DNA of 35,307 bases, from assembly GCA_029941275.1 (NCBI GenBank), contig JAPYQK010000001.1, positions 19,205 through 54,511 of the forward strand, written 5' to 3'. The DNA is from Longimicrobiales bacterium. Its GTDB lineage: Bacteria > Gemmatimonadota > Gemmatimonadetes > Longimicrobiales > Gaopeijiaceae. The notes below the pieces were generated by a model that saw only the letters and a list, made by a program, of their open reading frames with translations, was not told the origin of the DNA and did not search any database. Positions 1 through 8,090 of the stretch are shown here, piece after piece (the first letter of the stretch is position 1; every line of letters begins with the position of its first letter). Made by a program: the position numbers and the translations under genes.

Positions 1-17
1 GCAACGCAGGAGGCGAT

Positions 18-911
18 GTGACCGAGAGAAAGAAAGCGACTGACTTTCCCCAGGAGATACTGGCCCTGTTCGATGGCTACGTGCACGGGTTCGTAGAGCG
101 CCGGGACTTCCTCGAAGGTGCCGCCAAGGTGATGGGGGGCGGTGCCGCTGCACTCGCGGTTCTCGACGCACTCAAACCCCAATACGCCTGGGCTCAGCAA
201 ATCGCGCCCGACGATGCGAGGATTCGCGCCGAGTACGTCGAGTACCCTTCGCCCAAAGGGTCGGGAACGATGCGAGGGTACATGGCGGTGCCGGATGGAG
301 CGACCGGCTCAAAGCCCGCCGTTTTGGTCATTCATGAGAACCGTGGTCTCAATCCCTACATCGAAGACGTGGTTCGGCGCTTCGCGGCGGCGGATTTCGT
401 GGCGCTCGGGCCCGACGCATTGACGCCGCTGGGCGGATATCCCGGCAACGACGACGATGGTCGAACGATGCAGCGTCAGCTCGACCGCGACGTGATGATG
501 GAGGATTGGGTGGCCGCCTTCGGATTCCTGAGAGATCACTCCGCTGCGTCCGGGCGAGTGGGGGCCGTGGGATTCTGCTACGGAGGGGGTGTGGTCAATG
601 CGTTGGCCGTGCGTCTTCCCAACCTGGGGGCCGGCGCACCGTTTTATGGAGCCGCTCCGTCCAGCGAGGCCGTGGCGTCCATCCGAGCCCCTCTCATGAT
701 CCACTACGCGGGTCTCGACGCGCGGATCAACGGCCGCTGGCCCGACTATCAGCGCGCGCTGGACGCCGGTGACAAACGCTACACGATGCACATGTACGAC
801 GGAGTCAACCATGGCTTCCACAACGACACGACGCCTCGCTACGACGAGGATGCGGCGCAGTTGGCTCAGGAGCGGACGATCGCCTTCTTCAACGAAAATT
901 TGCGGGGCTAA
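18..911 (+). CDS. dienelactone hydrolase family protein (carboxymethylenebutenolidase-like) with twin-arginine signal
   Basis: 297-aa ORF from GTG 18, with AGGAGG at 8-13. GFCYGGG nucleophile elbow (G-x-C-x-G-G), VLVIHENRGLN and C-terminal NHGFHND fit the DLH pattern. ERRDFLEGAA plus a hydrophobic stretch plus AWAQQ looks like a Tat signal with a long n-region. Confidence 0.85.
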   Translation: MTERKKATDFPQEILALFDGYVHGFVERRDFLEGAAKVMGGGAAALAVLDALKPQYAWAQQIAPDDARIRAEYVEYPSPKGSGTMRGYMAVPDGATGSKPAVLVIHENRGLNPYIEDVVRRFAAADFVALGPDALTPLGGYPGNDDDGRTMQRQLDRDVMMEDWVAAFGFLRDHSAASGRVGAVGFCYGGGVVNALAVRLPNLGAGAPFYGAAPSSEAVASIRAPLMIHYAGLDARINGRWPDYQRALDAGDKRYTMHMYDGVNHGFHNDTTPRYDEDAAQLAQERTIAFFNENLRG

Positions 912-941
912 AGAAGCCGATAGTTGATCGCACGGAGCCGT

Positions 942-1274
942 CTAGAGGCCTCCCCGCTTCTCGGGAACGTCCACCACCCCGCGATCGCGCATGCTGTGAA
1001 GTAAGCTCAGGATCTGGCCGAAGTGCGCGGCGAAGTGCTCGAGAATGTGATAAAGCACCCAGCGGTGGGAGAAGGTCATTCCCGGGCCACCTAAAGTTTG
1101 GTCGAGCGAAGCGTCGTCCCAGTTCTCGACCAGATCGTGCGTCGCGCTCCTGTCCCGGGCGAGGAGGTCGAAGTACCCCCCGAGGTCGCGTCCTCGGAGG
1201 TTGTCCGGATGCCCACCGTCCTCGGATAGAGGCATTCCCGCTGAACTACCGACGCCGAGATGCTCCTCCAGCAC
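942..1274 (-). CDS. DinB-family protein, apparently N-terminally short (possible relic)
   Basis: 110-aa ORF from GTG 1274. C-terminal HRWVLYHILEHFAAHFGQILSL matches the last helix of DinB/DinB_2 four-helix-bundle proteins. The frame is open only back to the stop at 1338-1340, with no ATG/GTG/TTG upstream of 1274, so the first helix appears to be missing. Confidence 0.5.
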   Translation of the reverse strand: MLEEHLGVGSSAGMPLSEDGGHPDNLRGRDLGGYFDLLARDRSATHDLVENWDDASLDQTLGGPGMTFSHRWVLYHILEHFAAHFGQILSLLHSMRDRGVVDVPEKRGGL

Positions 1275-1340
1275 GCGCTCACGGTCGTGCTCATACGAGG
1301 GACATCGACTTCCGCGTAATCCGAGGGAGGGGACGCGTCA

Positions 1341-2891
1341 TCACCAACTCAGCGCCGGGATGCGCTCGGACCGATACACCAAGTCGAATTCAACCCGGGC
1401 GAACCCGTCCGTGCTCGGGCGTTCCTGGAAGCGAATTCGAGCTTCAAACACGATTTCCGAATCTGGATGTGTGACCTCGATGACGAACGCTTGCTGTGCA
1501 GGGGTGGTCACGATCCCCGGCATGATGAGTCGGTTGCCGGTGGTTGGCATCAAATCCACATCGCCGAGTCTACCTGAATAGAATTCGGCGCCGCGTTTCT
1601 CGCCGTACTGCCACACCTGCTGGACCGTCATTCGCTCCTCATCGACCACATATTCCACCCCTCGGCTGAACAGTGGAGGTTCGTTCGAGAAGGTGCGCTC
1701 CACGCCGTTGTCGAATACGAAGATGTTCCCGTTCGGGAGGATCATCGGAGCGTGTTGTCCCCAGCTCCACCGGAAGTTCGAGACTTCTTCGACGCCCTGC
1801 TGAACGGGATCGGGAAACGGCATACCGTCTCCGTCGACCGCGGTAAGCAGAAACTCGGACGTGTTCGGCCCATTGCCGTTGATCCCTGCGGGGCCCCATC
1901 CACGGTGGGGCGCCAAGATCCAAACGAGCTCGTTGTCTCGGGAGACCTTCACCACGGCCCCCTGCTGCCGCCCCGACACGATCAAGGCATCGTCCTCCGA
2001 GTCGTACCAAATCCCGTTGTTGTGCAGCCAGTTGGTGTCGTCTCCTCGGAAGTCGCGGCGTGAGACATCCAGAACCCGACGGAGGTCCCACTCTCTTACG
2101 ATGGCGCCGGAGTTTCGGTCGAGTTCGATCACGCGGTCATTGACGGTCTCCGGCTCCGCGATCTTGCTGACCGCCACGAGCAGATTACCGTCGGGCTTCT
2201 CGATCACCTCGTGATGGTACGAGTACCCTGATATATCCCACCGCCGCAGTTCCCGGCCCAGGAGGTCGTACTCGAATACCGCCTCTCCAAAGCCGAACAG
2301 CAGATTGCCGTTCTCGAACCGCTCAATCATGTAGGCCAGGCCACCGAAGAACGAGAGGTCCATGGTCCAACGCACGTCGCCGTTCGTGTCGAAGATGAAC
2401 GGCCGACTGCGGTACGTCCCCTCTTCGCCGATGCTCTGGTAGCTGGAGAGTGTCCACCCGGGCTCCATTCGATCCAGGTCGGCAACCACAATGTCGATCT
2501 CGGGGAAAAATTCAGGAAGGGGATCGGTCGCGATGACCACGGTATCCACGGCGAAACGCTGTTCCGCGTCGGTCAAGCGAACCAACACTTGGTTCTCCGT
2601 TCCAGGGTAGAGGCCGACGACCGGAATCGAATGTTCAGAGCTCAAATCGGCGGTCCCCATTGCTGGGAGGGGGCCCAGCACCTCCCACTCCACTGAGGTC
2701 GGCACCAAAGTGCTGAAGCTCAGTTCCGCGGAAAGAGGGGTGACTCCGCTTCCGTTCAGGTCGGTGGCGATCCCATCGACCAGGAGGGCGTCGAAAGCCA
2801 CTTGCACCCTGGAGTCCTCCGCACACGCGACCGAAAAGAGGGTCATCGCGGCGGAGAGCACAGTGGCGAGGAGCACACTCGAGAGCTGCAT
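1341..2891 (-). CDS. arylsulfotransferase (ASST)-type beta-propeller protein, lipoprotein-like signal
   Basis: 516-aa ORF. Signal MQLSSVLLATVLSAAMTLFSVAC. Motifs YHHEVIEKPDGNLLV, NDRVIELDRNSGAIVREWDL, DTNWLHNNGIWYDSEDDALIVSGRQQGAVVKVS and WGQHAPMILPNGNIFVFDNG fit the ASST propeller pattern. Confidence 0.8.
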   Translation of the reverse strand: MQLSSVLLATVLSAAMTLFSVACAEDSRVQVAFDALLVDGIATDLNGSGVTPLSAELSFSTLVPTSVEWEVLGPLPAMGTADLSSEHSIPVVGLYPGTENQVLVRLTDAEQRFAVDTVVIATDPLPEFFPEIDIVVADLDRMEPGWTLSSYQSIGEEGTYRSRPFIFDTNGDVRWTMDLSFFGGLAYMIERFENGNLLFGFGEAVFEYDLLGRELRRWDISGYSYHHEVIEKPDGNLLVAVSKIAEPETVNDRVIELDRNSGAIVREWDLRRVLDVSRRDFRGDDTNWLHNNGIWYDSEDDALIVSGRQQGAVVKVSRDNELVWILAPHRGWGPAGINGNGPNTSEFLLTAVDGDGMPFPDPVQQGVEEVSNFRWSWGQHAPMILPNGNIFVFDNGVERTFSNEPPLFSRGVEYVVDEERMTVQQVWQYGEKRGAEFYSGRLGDVDLMPTTGNRLIMPGIVTTPAQQAFVIEVTHPDSEIVFEARIRFQERPSTDGFARVEFDLVYRSERIPALSW

Positions 2892-3149
2892 ACGTCCGAT
2901 CCTTCGAGTTGCGATGCCTTCGAGCTTGCAGTCCTTCCGAAGAATCTGCTGTGATGCCCGGCGGGCGAAGGTGCCGGGAGTCGTTCAGACCTACCAAGCC
3001 ATCGGCACTGGGGCAAGCGCGTTGCCCATCGTTCAAGAAACTCTCAGGTGGTTGCCTACGAAGTGATGGTCGGTCAGGTTGTCATTCGGGGCACCACGGT
3101 CATGGGTGCACTCGTGAGTTTCATGTAGACGAGATCAGGAGGGAACGAC

Positions 3150-3518
3150 GTGATGCGGAAACAATCGATCGTAATGCTTGGACTCTTGTGTGCGTTGCTT
3201 CCGGCAACGATTTCTGCCCAGACGAACGTCGCCGGCGAGTGGACCATGATGTTCAGCACCGATCAGGGAGATCTCCCTGCCACCCTGACGTTGGAGCAGG
3301 ACGGGGAGATGCTGACGGGCGAATTGATCAGCGACCAAGGCACGACCCCCTTCGAGGGAACGATCACGGGCAACATGCTCAAGTGGGAGATCGAGGTGGA
3401 CGCCGGCGGAGCGATCTTCGCGATCACGATGGAAGGAACAGTCGAGGGCGATGAGATGTCTGGAACGGCCGACTTCGGAGGTTACGGCGGCGGTGACTGG
3501 AGCGCGACAAGGCAGTAG
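3150..3518 (+). CDS. small secreted protein of unknown function (beta-rich)
   Basis: 122-aa ORF. AGGAGG at 3137-3142; start at GTG 3150 or ATG 3153. Sec signal MMRKQSIVMLGLLCALLPATISAQ. The mature part has short alternating strands (GEWTMMF, LTLEQDGEMLTGEL, FEGTITGNMLKWEIEV, MEGTVEGDEMSGT). No named family recognised. Confidence 0.7.
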   Translation: MMRKQSIVMLGLLCALLPATISAQTNVAGEWTMMFSTDQGDLPATLTLEQDGEMLTGELISDQGTTPFEGTITGNMLKWEIEVDAGGAIFAITMEGTVEGDEMSGTADFGGYGGGDWSATRQ

Positions 3519-3571
3519 TCGCCACCCTCAGCGCGTTCAGTTTCGTTTCAGGGTAGCCAGCCGAGGGACAG

Positions 3572-3616
3572 CGCACGTCACTTCGTTACGCTCGGGCGAA
3601 TCAGAGGTGACGTGCG
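3572..3616 (+). terminator. stem-loop: candidate intrinsic terminator of the 3150-3518 gene or operator upstream of the dehalogenase gene
   Basis: Arms 3572-3584 (cgcacgtcacttc) and 3604-3616 (gaggtgacgtgcg) pair over 13 bp including one G-U, with a 19-nt loop. It lies 54 nt after the stop at 3518. No clear T-tract follows. Confidence 0.35.
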
Positions 3617-3714
3617 TCCTCCTCGTACAATAGATCGTTTCGATACGCGGATCCTAGACGGTTGAAGTAGCCGCGACACCAACTCGGCACCAACCATCGA
3701 ACGGGAGCATCCCG

Positions 3715-4596
3715 ATGATTTCCGCCGAACAGCCCTACACGAAACAATACGTCGAGGTCGACGGCCACAAGATGGCCTACGTCGAGGTCGGATCCGGGGA
3801 CCCGATCGTTTTTCTGCACGGAAATCCGACGTCCTCGTACCTGTGGCGCAACGTGATCCCCCACCTCGAGAAATCGGGACGCTGTATCGCGCCCGACCTC
3901 ATCGGAATGGGCGACTCACAGAAGCTCGATGACTCCGGACCGGACCGTTACCGCTTCGTCGAACACCGACACTACCTCGACGGCCTGCTCGAGGCAGTCG
4001 GTATCGACTCGAACGTCACCTTCGTCATCCACGATTGGGGCTCAGCGCTCGGGTTCGACTGGGCCAATCGATACCGCGACGCCGTCAACGGTATCGCCTA
4101 CATGGAGGCGATCGTTCGCCCGGTCAGTTGGGCCGATTGGCCGGAGCCCGCGGTCTCGCTTTTCCAGAACTTCCGTTCACCGGCCGGTGAGAGCATGGTC
4201 CTCGAAAAGAACATCTTCGTGGAAAATGTTCTGCCCGCGAGTGTGATCCGAGAGTTGACCGAGGCCGAGAAGACGGAGTATCGCCGCCCGTTCTTGGAGG
4301 CCGGCGAGAGCCGTCGGCCCACGCTGACGTGGCCTCGCGAGATCCCGCTCGAAGGAGAACCGGCCGACGTCACGGAGATCGTCCAGAGCTACGCGGACTG
4401 GCTCTCGTCGAGCGAAATTCCGAAGCTATTCGTAAACGCCGATCCAGGTACGATCCTGATCGGTGGGCAGCGCGAGTTCTGTCGCGCTTGGCCGAACCAG
4501 ACGGAGGTCACCGTGGACGGCAGACACTTCATCCAGGAAGATTCGCCCCATGAGATCGGCGCGGCGATCGCGGAGTGGCTCGGCAAACTCGCGTGA
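3715..4596 (+). CDS. dhaA: haloalkane dehalogenase, HLD-II subfamily (DhaA/LinB/DmbA-like)
   Basis: 293-aa ORF with GGGAG about 8 nt upstream. HGNPTSSYLWRN (halide-stabilising Asn), VIHDWGSALG (nucleophile Asp-Trp), AYMEAIVRP (catalytic Glu after beta6), GRHFIQEDSP (catalytic His). It resembles DhaA along the full length, as I remember that sequence. Confidence 0.92.
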   Translation: MISAEQPYTKQYVEVDGHKMAYVEVGSGDPIVFLHGNPTSSYLWRNVIPHLEKSGRCIAPDLIGMGDSQKLDDSGPDRYRFVEHRHYLDGLLEAVGIDSNVTFVIHDWGSALGFDWANRYRDAVNGIAYMEAIVRPVSWADWPEPAVSLFQNFRSPAGESMVLEKNIFVENVLPASVIRELTEAEKTEYRRPFLEAGESRRPTLTWPREIPLEGEPADVTEIVQSYADWLSSSEIPKLFVNADPGTILIGGQREFCRAWPNQTEVTVDGRHFIQEDSPHEIGAAIAEWLGKLA

Positions 4597-4612
4597 TCGA
4601 ACCCGCGCATCC

Positions 4613-5797
4613 ATGAGCCAAGTTCTACAGGACATCCGAGTCCTCGATTTCGGCCGCTACATCGCGGGGCCCTACTGCGCGTGTCTCCTAGGCGACATGG
4701 GCGCCGACGTCATCCGGATCGAGAAGAGCGGCGGGAGCGAAGACCGCTGGGTGGTCCCGATCGCCGAGGGAGGCGAGGGCAGCCTCTTCATGCAGGTCAA
4801 CCGCAACAAGAGAAGCGTCACGCTGAACCCCCGAAGCGATGAGGGACGTGAGATCGTCCGTAAGCTTGTGGCCACGAGTGACGTCGTCGTCGCCAACCTT
4901 CCGCCCCAAACGCTCGAGTCGATGGGGCTGGATTATCCCACGCTGTGCGAGTCGAAACCTGACGTCATCCTCGCTACGATTTCAGCGTATGGCCATGGTG
5001 GTCCGTGGAGCCATCGGGTGGGATTCGATGGCGTGGCTCAGGCCATGTCCGGGGCGATGTTCATGTCCGGACCCGAGGATGAGCCCACGCGCCTGTACTA
5101 CCCTTGGGTCGACTTCACGACGGCCATGCTTACCGCGTTCGGCACCATGGCCGCGATACTCGAGCGTCAGAAGACCGGGCGCGGGCAGCAGGTGGAAGGG
5201 TCGCTCCTGGGGTCCGCGCTGACCGTGGCCAACACCACGTTGATCGAGCAGGACGTCATCCAGGCCAATCGTGTGGCAACGGGTAACCGAGCGCAGACGG
5301 CTGCACCGTCGGACTGTTATCGCACGAAGGATGGCTGGGTGCTGATGATGGTCGTCGGCCAGCCGCTCTTCGAGCGGTGGGCAACCCTCATGGGCGAGCC
5401 ACACTGGCTGGAGGATCCGCGCTTCGAGGACGATCTCGCACGTGGCGACAACAGCGGCCCGATCACCGAGCGCATGGCTCGTTGGTGTCAGGAGCGCACG
5501 ACGGAGGAGTGCCTGGCCAAGCTAGAGGCCGCGCGGCTTCCCGCAGGTCCCGTATTGTCCCCGCAGGAGGCCTTGGATCACGAGCACATCCGCGCCCTGA
5601 AGTTCATGCTGGCGGTCGACTACCCTGGCCTCAGCAAGCCGGCACCTGTCGCCGACATACCCGTGCGGCTCTCCGAGACGCCGGGCAGCGTTCGAAATCG
5701 CGCGCCCTTGCTGGGCGAGCACACCGGTGAGGTGCTCGCCGAGATCGGCTATGACGAAGAGGCGCTGGCCCGATTGCGGGGCGCAGGTGTCGTCTAA
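4613..5797 (+). CDS. family III CoA-transferase (CaiB/BaiF family)
   Basis: Start set at ATG 4613: MSQVLQDIRVLDFGRYIAGPYCACLLGDMGADVIRIEK is the canonical family N-terminus. GFDGVAQAMSG is the catalytic Asp region. The 50 codons upstream (4463-4612) overlap dhaA and are Arg/Ser-rich. Confidence 0.88.
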   Translation: MSQVLQDIRVLDFGRYIAGPYCACLLGDMGADVIRIEKSGGSEDRWVVPIAEGGEGSLFMQVNRNKRSVTLNPRSDEGREIVRKLVATSDVVVANLPPQTLESMGLDYPTLCESKPDVILATISAYGHGGPWSHRVGFDGVAQAMSGAMFMSGPEDEPTRLYYPWVDFTTAMLTAFGTMAAILERQKTGRGQQVEGSLLGSALTVANTTLIEQDVIQANRVATGNRAQTAAPSDCYRTKDGWVLMMVVGQPLFERWATLMGEPHWLEDPRFEDDLARGDNSGPITERMARWCQERTTEECLAKLEAARLPAGPVLSPQEALDHEHIRALKFMLAVDYPGLSKPAPVADIPVRLSETPGSVRNRAPLLGEHTGEVLAEIGYDEEALARLRGAGVV

Positions 5798-5952
5798 GGC
5801 GTGACGGGACGAGGTCGCCGAGACCCGACAGGACTCGCTCTCGGGAGTCGAGCCACTGGATGGCGCTGGAGTGATCTAGGACGCACGTTGTCCTGACGCG
5901 TTCAGGGACCCGCGGGTCGCCTATCCCATTTGGACGGATTCGATCGCCTCCC

Positions 5953-7659
5953 ATGAGACTCTCTGCATTAGCGGCATCGCCTGCTGTCACTTTGTTTGCC
6001 CTGTCCTTGATCGCTCCGGAAGTACAAGCCCAGTGCGACTCGTTGACCCAGGACACCGAAGTGGCCTCCGGTATCGTCTTCGACGACCTCAGCCAAGACG
6101 GACAGCACGGTTCCGGGGAGCCGGGCGTTGCCGGCGTCAGTGTCAGCAACGGCTGCGATGTCGTATTGACGAACTCAGACGGGTTTTACGAAATCGGTCT
6201 GTCACCAGGACAGATATTGTTCGTCTCTCAACCCGCCGGATATGTGGCTCCCGTCGACGAAAACAACCTCCCCCTCTTCTTTTACAGCCACTATCCCGAG
6301 GGTACGCCCACAGCGGTCGCCGGCACATCGGTCGAATGGTTATGGCCGGTCATCGAACCCACAGGTCCGCTTCCGGCGAGCATCGATTTTCCTCTACGCA
6401 GACTCAGCTCGGAGGAAGTCCGATTCACTGCACACGCTTTTGCGGATCCACAAGCTCGCAGCGAGCTCGGCGAGGACATGCTTAGAGAGGACCTGGTGAA
6501 TACCCTACTGGGCAACCCATACGGGGCCGCATTCTCGATCACGGTGGGGGACATCGTTTTTGACAATCTCGGCCTGTACGATCGTCACAAGGAAATGATG
6601 GGCTTGGTCGGGATCCCTCAGTGGAATCTTCCGGGTAATCACGACATGAACCTCGAGTCGCCTGACGCCCAGTACGCCAACGAGACGTACAAGAAACACT
6701 TCGGCCCAATCTACTATTCCTTCAACTACGGAAACGTGCACGTCGTTGCTTTGAACAACGTCGAGTACGCCGGCGCGGGGCAGCGTACCGCAAACAACGG
6801 GACGTATCGTGGCTTCATTTCAGACGACCAGATGTTCTGGCTCGAGCGAGATCTCGCGAACGTCTCCAACGACAAGCTCATCCTTATCGCGACACACATT
6901 TCGCTGATTGCTGAAGCTTCCGATGGCGATCCGTCCCATGATGCTACCGGCCCTGGCACCGACAACTTCGACCAGCTGGTTCGACTGCTGCTTCCGTACA
7001 ACAACGTGTATGGCATCGCCGGGCACGATACGAGCAACAGCTGGAAAGTGGAGATCGACCACGAGCACGGCTGGACGGGGCAACCCTGGATCGCCCACAC
7101 TCTGGCCGAAGTCCGGGGGAGTGGCTGGACGCGAGGTCCGAGAGATCTACGCGGCGTGGCGGACGCGACGATGGAGGACGGTAATCCCAACGGTTTTTAC
7201 CTGCTGAAGTTCGACGACGTAACGCTGGTGCCCGAATTCATTCCGTTTCCGTCCGGGTCCGACGCATCGCAGCGCTTGCGGATCGTGCTGGATCCGGAGC
7301 TCGAAGGCACGACTGGGAGCAGCATCAACCGGGGCGTACTGCGAAGCGACACCAAGGTGGTCGTCAATCTTTTCGACGGGGGTGAGCGCGACAGGGTGAG
7401 TCTATCGCTAGACGGTGGCCTACCCGTCCTGATGCGTTACGTCGTCCGGACCGACCCCTTCGTGGAACGAGCGTACAGACGGTTTGCCGACACGCCGGAC
7501 GCTTTTCCAAGGCCGGCAATGTCCGCACACATCTGGGAGTTCGACTTTCCGGAAAGCCCCGAGCCGGGGATTCACAGCGTGGTGGTTGAAACCGAGGATG
7601 AATTCGGGCAGCGACAACGGGGTGCTTTTTCGTTCGAGGTTACTGTGGGGGCGCCGTGA
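5953..7659 (+). CDS. secreted calcineurin-like metallophosphoesterase with N- and C-terminal beta domains
   Basis: 568-aa ORF with Sec signal ending APEVQAQ. GVAGVSVSNGCDVVLTNSDGFYEI is a CarboxypepD_reg/SdrD-B-like N-domain. GDIVFDN, NLPGNHD, ATHISL and GHDT are metallophosphatase motifs. The C-terminal beta domain fits a MetallophosN-Metallophos-MetallophosC layout. Confidence 0.85.
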   Translation: MRLSALAASPAVTLFALSLIAPEVQAQCDSLTQDTEVASGIVFDDLSQDGQHGSGEPGVAGVSVSNGCDVVLTNSDGFYEIGLSPGQILFVSQPAGYVAPVDENNLPLFFYSHYPEGTPTAVAGTSVEWLWPVIEPTGPLPASIDFPLRRLSSEEVRFTAHAFADPQARSELGEDMLREDLVNTLLGNPYGAAFSITVGDIVFDNLGLYDRHKEMMGLVGIPQWNLPGNHDMNLESPDAQYANETYKKHFGPIYYSFNYGNVHVVALNNVEYAGAGQRTANNGTYRGFISDDQMFWLERDLANVSNDKLILIATHISLIAEASDGDPSHDATGPGTDNFDQLVRLLLPYNNVYGIAGHDTSNSWKVEIDHEHGWTGQPWIAHTLAEVRGSGWTRGPRDLRGVADATMEDGNPNGFYLLKFDDVTLVPEFIPFPSGSDASQRLRIVLDPELEGTTGSSINRGVLRSDTKVVVNLFDGGERDRVSLSLDGGLPVLMRYVVRTDPFVERAYRRFADTPDAFPRPAMSAHIWEFDFPESPEPGIHSVVVETEDEFGQRQRGAFSFEVTVGAP

Positions 7660-7744
7660 ACGCCGACTCATTTTCAAGGGGACAATAAATCATCAAGTGA
7701 CAGGGTAGCGGCCCTTACGTGTCCACGATCTGGCGGGATACCGA

Positions 7745-8090
7745 TCAGGAATCGAGGGCCCGCCTCATCTTTGTGGCAAGCTCACCCATGGAAACGGGTT
7801 TGGATAGGACTTCACTGCCTTCAGGCAGTGACTGGTCAGACAGGGACGCATACCCCGACATGAACAGGCATTTTAGTTCTGGCCGTTGCTCGTGGCATCT
7901 CCCGAATATCTCGATGCCGTTCATGCCCCCCGGCAAAGTGATGTCCGAGAGCAGGAGATCGAACGGCTCAGCTTCGGGCTGTCGCTCATCCGAAGGTTAT
8001 TTTCCGGGAGCTGTCCACGAACCTCCGGACCCGACCTGACGGACGGAAGGGCCGTAAGTAGCCCAGGGTCGTCTCGATGAGGGACTTCAT
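7745..8090 (-). pseudogene. CheY-like single-domain response regulator (receiver), disrupted by about two 1-nt frameshifts
   Basis: The span is 346 nt, about 115 codons, which is receiver size. ATG 8090 overlaps the SDR stop (ATGA) and reads MKSLI. A second frame reads DDPGLLTALPSVRSGPEV. A third frame, open after the TAA at 7997-7999, reads PFDLLLSDITLPGGMNGIEIF...KCLFMSGY...LSKP, carrying the phospho-Asp, Ser/Thr and Lys positions. Confidence 0.6.

Noticed and set aside
4463-4612. N-terminal 50-codon extension of the CoA-transferase ORF
   Set aside because: It overlaps the dhaA 3' end, is Arg/Ser-rich, and the canonical family N-terminus begins at ATG 4613.
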